A stretch of 64,000 nucleotides of DNA from an uncultured Pseudobutyrivibrio sp. (GTDB taxonomy: Bacteria; Bacillota; Clostridia; Lachnospirales; Lachnospiraceae): the NCBI GenBank assembly GCA_900546435.1, contig URCQ01000007.1, positions 17,150 to 81,149 on the forward strand. Reading direction: 5' to 3'. Position numbers and translations under genes: made by a program. Below the pieces are notes generated by a model. That model saw only the letters and a list, made by a program, of their open reading frames with translations. It did no database searches and was not told where the DNA came from. This document shows, in pieces, positions 32,205-40,588 of the stretch (positions within the stretch are counted from its first letter, which is position 1; every line of letters starts with the position of its first letter).

Positions 32205-32460
32205 CACAGCATATATAACAAAATTTCCATCCCATTTTTGGCAAATATTTTAAAACATAAAATTTTATGCAATATATACGAATTCCTTGTTTTTTCTTTC
32301 ACATTCCATCCTGTCCTTCTATGAATTATTGTATTCTTGCACAAATTTTACCATCTCTTTTTGTGCACTTTTGCCACTCTCATTTTCATCCTTCTTGTGA
32401 TTTCTCTTGTAAAACGTCCCGTTTTTATGCTTTTTGCACAATTTTATATCATAGTTTTTG

Positions 32461-32489
32461 TTGACTTTTACCATGCATGATGCTATAGT
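32461..32489 (+). promoter_or_regulatory. SigA promoter for the small-peptide pair
   Basis: TTGACT-17-TATAGT with TG extension. Confidence 0.75.
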
Positions 32490-32544
32490 AAGGTCATCAA
32501 AGGAAAGGAACCTTTGAAAAGAACATAGAAAGGAGATGACAGAT

Positions 32545-32661
32545 ATGTATAACGACGCATTCGGAACATTATTTGTAGAGTACAACAAGTACACAAACGA
32601 AACGGAAGCAAATGGTCAGACACCTGTTTCACTTTTAAGATTTGCTCTTGGACAGTTCTAA
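32545..32661 (+). CDS. Small protein 1 (38 aa), unknown function (not in ORF track)
   Basis: RBS GAAAGGAG; MYNDAFGTLFVEYNKYTNETEANGQTPVSLLRFALGQF; paralog follows. Confidence 0.8.
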   Translation: MYNDAFGTLFVEYNKYTNETEANGQTPVSLLRFALGQF

Positions 32662-32716
32662 GAACAATAAAACATTATCATTATGAAAAAGCATAAATTG
32701 AAAGGAGATATGAATT

Positions 32717-32836
32717 ATGGAATTCTCAAATAGTCTTGGATATGTAGTTTACAATTACGGAAAGTATGTAGAAACACAGGAAAAGAATGGCGAAAAAGCT
32801 GTATCATTCTTCAAGTATGCTTTTGGTGAAAGATAA
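32717..32836 (+). CDS. Small protein 2 (39 aa), paralog of the preceding ORF (not in ORF track)
   Basis: RBS GAAAGGAG; MEFSNSLGYVVYNYGKYVETQEKNGEKAVSFFKYAFGER. Confidence 0.8.
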   Translation: MEFSNSLGYVVYNYGKYVETQEKNGEKAVSFFKYAFGER

Positions 32837-32900
32837 TTTACCAAAAGCACCAAACCTTGGAAAATATCGGCAACAGCCGTTCATCTCATACATCAAGAAA

Positions 32901-32930
32901 GACCCGGCCAATTGCCAGGTCTCGTTTTTT
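32901..32930 (+). terminator. Terminator after the small-peptide pair
   Basis: GACCcGGCA-AT-TGCCaGGTC followed by TTTTTT. Confidence 0.6.
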
Positions 32931-32935
32931 ATATA

Positions 32936-32970
32936 AAAGGGATATTCTCCGCAACATCAGAGAATATCCC
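32936..32970 (-). terminator. Terminator after galT
   Basis: GGGATATTCTC-cgcaacatca-GAGAATATCCC. Confidence 0.75.
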
Positions 32971-32977
32971 TCTTATT

Positions 32978-34480
32978 TTACAATATAGAAATAAATCTAC
33001 GGAATTCTTTTAATCCCTCTTCATTACATTTAAATACACCTGCATCCTCAAGCACCTGGCAAAATACCTTGCCTACTTCCCGCTGTAAAATTTCTTCTAC
33101 ATTGGATGCATCTATGGTAATACCCTTTTCTTTATAAGCAGCACAGAATTCGTCCACCCAGTCAGCATGCTTTTCCAACGCTTCATCTGCGCGAATATCC
33201 TTACCATTTACAATGGCATCTGCAAGTGCTTCTAATTCACCTTTCAGTCGCGAAGGCAAAACTGCAAGTCCCATCACTTCAATCAAACCGATGTTTTCTT
33301 TTTTGATATGATGTAATTTGGCATGTGGATGATATACACCAAGTGGATATTCCTCCGTTGTAATGTTATTACGAAGTGCCAAATCCAGTTCAAACCGATC
33401 ACCACGTTTTCTGGCGATTGGCGTGATGGTGTTGTGCTTTTCTCCGTCCGTCTCTGCGAAAATAAACGCATCTTCATCCGTATAATTTCTCCAGCATCCT
33501 AAAATATGATCTGCCAGATCTATGATACGTTTTTCATCCTTGCAGGAAAGTCGAATAACAGAAAGTGGCCACTTCACAATGCCCGCCTCTACATCTTCAA
33601 AACCTTTTACGGTAAATGTTTCCACAATCGGCGCTTTTTCCATGGCAAATGTATAATGACCGCCCTGGAAATGATCATGGCTTAAAATAGAGCCGCCTAC
33701 AATTGGCAGATCCGCATTGGAACCAAGGAAATAATGTGGAAATGTCTTAACAAAATCAAACAGCTTTACAAACGTTGCACGCTCAATTTTCATTGGCGTA
33801 TGCTGTCCGTTAAAGACAATACAATGTTCGTTGTAATATACATAAGGAGAATACTGGAATCCCCATTTACTTCCATTCATGGTAAGAGGAATGATACGAT
33901 GATTTTCTCGTGCCGGATGATTTACTCTTCCTGCATATCCCTCATTTTCTACACAAAGCAGGCATTTCGGATAAGCAGACTGCTTCGCATTCTTTGCTGC
34001 TGCAATGGCTTTTGGATCCTTTTCCGGCTTGGAAAGGTTAATCGTAATATCAAGTGTTCCATACTGCGTATCTACGGTCCATTTTTTATCTTTCTTCACA
34101 CGGTAACGGCGGATATAGTCACTATCCTGGCTCAATTTAAAGAAATAATCCGTCGCATCCTGTGGGGATTTTTTGTAAGCTGCTTCGAAATTTGCCTGCA
34201 CGGTTGCCGGACGTGGCATCAGACAGTTCATCAGACGTGTATCAAACAAATCGCGATATACAATGCTGTCCTCAATCAATCCTTTTTCGACTGCTGCATC
34301 CAGCAAATCCTTTAAAACATCTTCCAGAACAATATTACTCAGGTCACAATCCGGATCTGTGTACTCATCTTCCTTTAGCACATCCAAAAGCAGATTGGTC
34401 GCATAAATCCTCTCACACTCTGGTGTAAGACCTGTGTCGATACCATACTGTACCAACTTTTTCACACTTTCTTGTAACAT
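32978..34480 (-). CDS. galT: Galactose-1-phosphate uridylyltransferase (type 2)
   Basis: ITINLSKPEKDPKAIAAA, YPKCLLC.ENEGY, GSNADLPIVGGSILSHDHFQGG. Confidence 0.97.
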   Translation of the reverse strand: MLQESVKKLVQYGIDTGLTPECERIYATNLLLDVLKEDEYTDPDCDLSNIVLEDVLKDLLDAAVEKGLIEDSIVYRDLFDTRLMNCLMPRPATVQANFEAAYKKSPQDATDYFFKLSQDSDYIRRYRVKKDKKWTVDTQYGTLDITINLSKPEKDPKAIAAAKNAKQSAYPKCLLCVENEGYAGRVNHPARENHRIIPLTMNGSKWGFQYSPYVYYNEHCIVFNGQHTPMKIERATFVKLFDFVKTFPHYFLGSNADLPIVGGSILSHDHFQGGHYTFAMEKAPIVETFTVKGFEDVEAGIVKWPLSVIRLSCKDEKRIIDLADHILGCWRNYTDEDAFIFAETDGEKHNTITPIARKRGDRFELDLALRNNITTEEYPLGVYHPHAKLHHIKKENIGLIEVMGLAVLPSRLKGELEALADAIVNGKDIRADEALEKHADWVDEFCAAYKEKGITIDASNVEEILQREVGKVFCQVLEDAGVFKCNEEGLKEFRRFISIL

Positions 34481-34551
34481 AATACTTTTCCTCCTCTTAC
34501 GGAAACCAACCGCAAAAAATACGTTTCCACTGATTCCACTATACGCAACTT

Positions 34552-35223
34552 TTATGCTTTTTGCAAGAGCAGTTTCAGCAACTCTTCCACAGAATCTGCA
34601 ATGTAAGTTGCTCCTGCTTGCGTCAGTTCTTCCCGACTACCATATCCAAACGTCACGCCTATACTATCTAATCCATTCGCAATAGCACCTTCTATATCAT
34701 GGTGGCGATCTCCCACCATCACGATTTCTTTCTTATCTACATCCGGTATTTGTTCGAGTGCATAAGCAATCACTTCACTTTTTGCTGTTCGCGTTTCATC
34801 CAGCGTTGCCCCGGCAATAAAGTTAAAATATGGAGCTATTCCAAAACGCTTTAAAATCTGTTCACTGAAAAATTCTGGTTTGCTTGTCGCCACAAGCAAC
34901 TGTTTTCCTGCACTTTTTAATGCTAAAAGCATTTCTTGTATGCCATCAAACACTCTATTTTCAAACAAGCCTTTCGCACTGTAGTACTCTCTATAATAAG
35001 CCACTGCCTGCACAGCCTGTACTTCATCTAATCCATAATAATTCTGAAAAGAATCCTTTAATGGAGGTCCAACAAAACAAAGCAGATCTGCTTTATCCTG
35101 CACTTCTATTCCAAATTTATCCAGCGCATAAGCCACAGAATTTACAATTCCAGGCGCAGATTCTGTCAATGTTCCATCCAAATCAAATAAAATTGTACTA
35201 TATTCCATAACCTTTTCCTTCAT
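34552..35223 (-). CDS. HAD phosphatase (5'-nucleotidase/Gph-like)
   Basis: FDLDGTL, VATSK, MVGDRHHD. Confidence 0.9.
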   Translation of the reverse strand: MKEKVMEYSTILFDLDGTLTESAPGIVNSVAYALDKFGIEVQDKADLLCFVGPPLKDSFQNYYGLDEVQAVQAVAYYREYYSAKGLFENRVFDGIQEMLLALKSAGKQLLVATSKPEFFSEQILKRFGIAPYFNFIAGATLDETRTAKSEVIAYALEQIPDVDKKEIVMVGDRHHDIEGAIANGLDSIGVTFGYGSREELTQAGATYIADSVEELLKLLLQKA

Positions 35224-35393
35224 TAAATCATTTTATTTTCTTTTAAAGTTCTAATAGAACCCATAGATGTTTTTAGTATAACACAATCCGAGTTATTTTT
35301 ATGAGATTATTGTTTTTTCCTCATTTTTTTGTTAGTCTGTTTTTATTAAACTTGCCATACGTTCACATATAAATTAGGAGGAGTAACGAAATT

Positions 35394-35975
35394 ATGAATT
35401 TTTTAGAAGAGCGAATCATAAAAGACGGCATTGTAAAAGAAGGCAATGTTCTTAAGGTAGATAGTTTTTTAAATCACCAGATGGACATTGCACTCTTTGA
35501 TGAAATGGGAGCAGAGTTCAAAAAGCGTTTTGCTGATGCCAACATCAACAAAATCCTTACCATTGAAGCTTCCGGCATTGGCATTGCCTGCATCGTCGCA
35601 AGACATTTTGGTGTACCGGTTGTCTTTGCCAAGAAATCAAAAAGCATCAACATCGATGGGGATACTTACAAAGCTGAGGTAGAGTCTTTCACACACAAGT
35701 GCAAAAATCACGTCATTGTTTCACGCAAATTTTTAAATCCTGACGACCATGTCTTGATTATTGATGATTTTCTTGCTAACGGCTGTGCTTTACAGGGATT
35801 GATTTCCATCGTAAACGAAGCCGGTGGTACCGTAGAAGGTATTGGCATTGCGGTTGAAAAAGGCTTCCAAAATGGTGGTCGTATCATCCGTAATCTTGGT
35901 TTCCACTTAGAATCTCTTGCTATCGTGGAAAGCATGGATGCTACAACCGGAGAAATCACATTCCGCGAGCAATAA
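35394..35975 (+). CDS. xpt: Xanthine phosphoribosyltransferase
   Basis: [28 protein letters not shown]. Confidence 0.96.
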   Translation: MNFLEERIIKDGIVKEGNVLKVDSFLNHQMDIALFDEMGAEFKKRFADANINKILTIEASGIGIACIVARHFGVPVVFAKKSKSINIDGDTYKAEVESFTHKCKNHVIVSRKFLNPDDHVLIIDDFLANGCALQGLISIVNEAGGTVEGIGIAVEKGFQNGGRIIRNLGFHLESLAIVESMDATTGEITFREQ

Positions 35976-36005
35976 TTTTTTTACTATACTATAGAAAGGA
36001 AGTGC

Positions 36006-36633
36006 ATGGAATCACTCCATCACACATATTGAAGGTATCCTCGGCCTACTGGCACGCTACTGGATTCGTCTCATTACACCGATTGTATCTTCTACGGTGG
36101 TAACTGCCATTGGTTTTTCCCTGCTCTCCGTAGGCGCCTCTTCTTTTGGTGGCGGCAGTGGAAGTGATTCCTTTGGTTCTGCAACCAACTGGATTTTAGG
36201 AAGCATCACTTTGTTGTGTTGTATTTTATTTAATATTTTTGCAAAATCCTACTTCAAGCAATTGTCCGTTTTATTCGGCCTTGTTGTTGGTTATCTCGTT
36301 GCCATTGCCATGGGAGTCGTTGATTTCAGTTCTTTGCAAAACACTGCAGTCATTGCATTTCCATCCTTACTGCCGTTTAAACCGGAATTTAATATCAATG
36401 CCATCATTTCGACGACATTGATCTTTTTGGTATCTGCCACAGAAACCATTGGTGATACCTCAGCACTTGCAGCCTCTGGTCTGAATCGTGAAGCAAGTTT
36501 AAAGGAGACTTCCGGTTCCATTGCCTGTGACGGCTTTATCAGTGCCTTATCCGGTCTGTTTGGCTGTATGCCAATCACGTCCTTTATTTTAAATCTGGTA
36601 TTGCCAAAAAATATGGAAGCTACGACAAAATAA
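36006..36633 (+). pseudogene. NCS2 (PbuX/UraA-like) nucleobase permease remnant with two internal deletions
   Basis: RBS+ATG at 36006 stops after 8 codons; another frame gives IEGILG...ITPIVSSTVVTAIG...ETIGD...CDG...PITSF, then jumps to the C-terminal ILNLVLPK; SQNVG signature absent. Confidence 0.8.
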
Positions 36634-36635
36634 TT

Positions 36636-37496
36636 TTATGAAGCAAAAAAAGCAAGTGCAATTGCCCCTGGACCCACATGCGTGCCAATCGCTGCGCCAA
36701 TGGAAACCACGGGCAATTCCTCTTTTTTGCGGTCTTTTTCCCACAAGATATGACTATCGTCAATATACTTGCGGATCAACTGATCTGACAATCCTGTGTA
36801 GCCCAAACAAAATGGTCTGCTAAAATCTATGCCACCTACCGACTGCGTACGCTGTATCAGTAGGTTCTTTCCATTTTTGGATCCATGTGCTTTCCCTAAA
36901 ACAACCACTTCTCCATCTTCTACACCCACAACCGGCTTAATGGAAAGTGCTCCCCCAAGCATTGCTGCAGTTGCTGAAATACGTCCTCCTTTTTTCAGAT
37001 ATTCCAACGTATCTAATAGCGCAATTACCTGTAACTCTTTCTTCTCTTTTTCTAAGCAAGTTACTACTTCATCGATAGACTTGCCCATCTGCACAAGTTC
37101 TACTGCACGCATAACCAGGCAGCGTTCTCCCACAGCCACATTTTCACTGTCTACCACATACACCTGCTTTTCATATTCTTCTGCTGCAATACAAGCACTC
37201 TGGTAAGTTCCGGACAATTTAGACGAAAGTGTTATCACTAGTAATTGTACAGTTTCCTCTTCCTGGCCCGTTTCAAATTCTTCCCGATATGCTTCTAAAA
37301 ATTCATAAGGGCTAATCTGACTTGTTTTCGGTAACACATCGGTCTCGATCAGTTTTTCATAGAATGTCTCATGCGCTAAATCTACACCATCTAAATAATG
37401 TTCTTCTTCAAACGATACATGCAATGGCACAACACGCACGCCCTCACATGTATCTGCTAAAATATCTGAACCAGAGTCTGTTATAATCTTAATCAT
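36636..37496 (-). CDS. DegV family fatty-acid-binding protein
   Basis: IITDSGSD, PKTSQ, SSKLSGTYQSA, L.KGGRI, HVGPG. Confidence 0.95.
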   Translation of the reverse strand: MIKIITDSGSDILADTCEGVRVVPLHVSFEEEHYLDGVDLAHETFYEKLIETDVLPKTSQISPYEFLEAYREEFETGQEEETVQLLVITLSSKLSGTYQSACIAAEEYEKQVYVVDSENVAVGERCLVMRAVELVQMGKSIDEVVTCLEKEKKELQVIALLDTLEYLKKGGRISATAAMLGGALSIKPVVGVEDGEVVVLGKAHGSKNGKNLLIQRTQSVGGIDFSRPFCLGYTGLSDQLIRKYIDDSHILWEKDRKKEELPVVSIGAAIGTHVGPGAIALAFFAS

Positions 37497-37601
37497 GGTA
37501 TTTATACCTCACTTTTATATTTTTGTGTATTACTTGAGGTAGTATAACGAAAAGTTTCCATGATGTCAAATTTAGTAACGATGAACACATTGACAGCTTT
37601 G

Positions 37602-39014
37602 CTATTCCTGTTCTCTTTTCTTTGCCAATTCTGCATAAACATCAACTAACTTTTCTTTGGAAAGTTTATATCCAAACGCCAGTAGAAGAAACATGATCAG
37701 AAGTACAATTGCCGGCACGAGCGTCGCCATATCATACAATCTTGCCACGACATCTGCTGACTGTTTGCTTGCGTCTACGTTGTATCCTATGACACCGAGT
37801 AAAATCGGTACACCAACACCAGCCAAGGTCTGTCCTAATTTTCTAGTAAAAGAATACAGAGCGTAGGAAGTGCCTTCTTCACGTCTACCGGACAACAATT
37901 CGTGATAGTCAATAACATCCATAACCAGTGCCCACACTTCCAGCGTCAAAAATGTCTGTCCTGCACCAGAGAAAAACAATAGTGCCATAAAGATGTATGG
38001 ATTATGCACTGCTGCGGTGAATTTTAAAAAGTACATCAAGAAGTTAATCACTGCTGCAAATGCCAATCCAAAAGCACAGATTTCTTTTTTTCCAAACTTT
38101 CGCACCAACTTATTGATGATTGGCAAAAACAAAGCCATTGGCACATACGTACATATCGTCACAAAACTGTAAAGACCTGGTTTCTGGTAAAAATTCAGAA
38201 ACAGATAATTATATGTTGTCTGTGTATACATTTGAAACGCAATTAACAGCATCGATACCAGACAAAGAAAAATGAATGGTGGGTTTTTTAAGAGATCACC
38301 AACGGTTCGAAATACATGCATTCCTTCCTGTTTCTGTTTTGGTGGAATTGTAATACGTTCTTTCACATTCTTAAAATGTAATCCATAAATACCAATGGAT
38401 ACGACAGCAATGCAAAGTACTGCAAAGCCTAATTTCGTCGGATCTAACACTTTCGTCTCCGTTCCATCAGCTCCAATAACCGTAGAATATACAAGCAGTG
38501 GTAATAAAATCATAGATGGAATATTACCAAAGCCAGCCCCAACAGACCGCCATACAGAGAGCGATGATCGTTCCATCGGATCATCTGTCATAACCGATGC
38601 CAGCGATCCATACGGAATATTTACACCAGTATACATCATGCCATATAAGATATAAGTAACATATGCATAAATCAGATATTGATTCGTTGTAAGCCCCGGA
38701 ATTTTTACAAACATCAATACCGCGGCTACAGCCAGTGGAATGGATGCCCACATAACATAAGGTCGAAACCTCCCCCATTTTGTTGGTTTTCTTGAATCAA
38801 TAAATCCTCCCCATAAAGGATCATTGATTGCATCCCAGATTCTGGCGATCAGCATCAAAATCGTAATCTGTGCTAATGGAATATGCAGACAGTCTGTATA
38901 AAACATTGTCAAAAATGATGAAATCAGCGAAAATGTCAAAACTCCGCCAAAATCACCACATGCGTATGCCATTTTTTCTTTTGTCTTCAGTCCATGTGTT
39001 TGTTTTTCCCCCAT
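37602..39014 (-). CDS. GPH/MFS sugar-cation symporter
   Basis: AYACGDFG, WDAINDP, WGRFRPY, NIPYGSL, DVIDY. Confidence 0.92.
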   Translation of the reverse strand: MGEKQTHGLKTKEKMAYACGDFGGVLTFSLISSFLTMFYTDCLHIPLAQITILMLIARIWDAINDPLWGGFIDSRKPTKWGRFRPYVMWASIPLAVAAVLMFVKIPGLTTNQYLIYAYVTYILYGMMYTGVNIPYGSLASVMTDDPMERSSLSVWRSVGAGFGNIPSMILLPLLVYSTVIGADGTETKVLDPTKLGFAVLCIAVVSIGIYGLHFKNVKERITIPPKQKQEGMHVFRTVGDLLKNPPFIFLCLVSMLLIAFQMYTQTTYNYLFLNFYQKPGLYSFVTICTYVPMALFLPIINKLVRKFGKKEICAFGLAFAAVINFLMYFLKFTAAVHNPYIFMALLFFSGAGQTFLTLEVWALVMDVIDYHELLSGRREEGTSYALYSFTRKLGQTLAGVGVPILLGVIGYNVDASKQSADVVARLYDMATLVPAIVLLIMFLLLAFGYKLSKEKLVDVYAELAKKREQE

Positions 39015-39236
39015 TGTAACTCTCCTTTTCCTATCATAAAATGTCACAAGCTGTATTAATTAACTCATTTAATTTATTACATTTTACTACTTTATGGATG
39101 ATATATCAAGATTATTTGTGCATGTTTTTCATTATTTTTTAACTCATTTAAAAATTTATGTAAAAACGCTTTCAAACATGCTAAAATACAAGCAGGAATT
39201 TTTTCATCCGCACGCAGACAAAATAAGGAGGCAACT

Positions 39237-40577
39237 ATGGAAAACTTTGTTACAACCCAGACACACTGCGGTGATATTCGCGGTATACATGGCGACGGCT
39301 ATCGTAAATATTTAGGGGTTCGCTATGCGAGCGCCCAGCGTTTTACCTATGCCACGCCTGTAACAAAATGGGATGGCATCTATGATGCTACACACTATGG
39401 TAATGTGTGTCCGCAAAATCGTACTTTCTATGAACATCTGGAAATTCCGGAGCGTTTGTTCTACCACAATGAATTTCGACAGGATCAAGTCTTCCATTAT
39501 GACGAAGATTGTCTGAATCTAAATATTTTTTCACCCGATGGAACCGGTCCATTTCCTGTACTCGTTTTCATTCATGGTGGCGGATTCGACTCCGGTGCTA
39601 ATTATGATAGTGCCATCGACGGTGCGGCTTATGCCAAACGAGGCATCGTTTTTGTATCCATTCATTATCGTGTAAGTATTTTTGGATACTTTACGCATCC
39701 TGACATCCAGCGTGCTTATGGGCACGATGGTAACTTTGGTCTGGATGACCAGTTCACTGCACTGAGATGGATCAAGGAAAACATTGCCGATTACCAGGGC
39801 GATGCCAACAATATAACGGTCATGGGACAAAGTGCCGGTGCAATCTCCATCCAATATTTAAGTCTCAGTCCCAAATGCGATGGTCTCTACCAACGCGCTA
39901 TTATGCTATCCGGAGGTGGCATGTTTCCAAAATTTGCACTTCCACGTGCTTCTGCAAACACCCATGCATACTGGGCAGACTTCATGCAGACTGCCGGTGT
40001 GACCGATTTAGAAAGTTTAAAAAAATTGGATACACACGCCATCTTTACCGCAATAGAAGAACTAAAATCACGTCGCAAGGATAACACGTACAATACCATG
40101 CCTGTTGTGGATGGCTACCTGATCAGTGCACCCGTGGACACCCTAATCTCCCATCCGCTCCCCATTGATTATATGCTTGGTTACACAAACAATGATATGT
40201 ATGCCATCATTATGGGGTACATTACCCACAAATATGCCAGAGAAAATCATGCCTATCTGTATTATTTTGATATTGACGCTCCAGGATCGGATCATAATGG
40301 TGCTTTTCACTCCTGTGACTTGCGATATGTATTCGGAACACTGCAAAAATCACATCGTCCCTATGACCAGGAAGATACCCTTGTTTCTGACATGATGATC
40401 CGTTATATCTCATCTTTTGTAAAAAATGGTGATCCAAATCAACCCTCTTTACCACAATGGAATAAAGCCGGGCATCAGGCGCTTCATATACAGAAGCCGG
40501 CACGCTGCATTACCATGGGTTCTGCAAACTGGTTAAAATTATTGTATAACACATTGACAAAAGGCGATCCCAAATAG
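39237..40577 (+). CDS. Type B carboxylesterase
   Basis: EDCLNLNI, FIHGGGF, GQSAG, GAFH. Confidence 0.93.
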   Translation: MENFVTTQTHCGDIRGIHGDGYRKYLGVRYASAQRFTYATPVTKWDGIYDATHYGNVCPQNRTFYEHLEIPERLFYHNEFRQDQVFHYDEDCLNLNIFSPDGTGPFPVLVFIHGGGFDSGANYDSAIDGAAYAKRGIVFVSIHYRVSIFGYFTHPDIQRAYGHDGNFGLDDQFTALRWIKENIADYQGDANNITVMGQSAGAISIQYLSLSPKCDGLYQRAIMLSGGGMFPKFALPRASANTHAYWADFMQTAGVTDLESLKKLDTHAIFTAIEELKSRRKDNTYNTMPVVDGYLISAPVDTLISHPLPIDYMLGYTNNDMYAIIMGYITHKYARENHAYLYYFDIDAPGSDHNGAFHSCDLRYVFGTLQKSHRPYDQEDTLVSDMMIRYISSFVKNGDPNQPSLPQWNKAGHQALHIQKPARCITMGSANWLKLLYNTLTKGDPK

Positions 40578-40588
40578 GGACCGCCTTT

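Noticed and set aside
32267..32594. Track ORFs 32267..32464 (+) and 32319..32594 (-)
   Set aside because: No RBS, atypical composition, and they overlap the promoter and first small ORF
35224..35393. Purine riboswitch upstream of xpt
   Set aside because: Conserved aptamer elements (TATAAT..GATATGG..GTTTCTAC..CCGTAAA) not present
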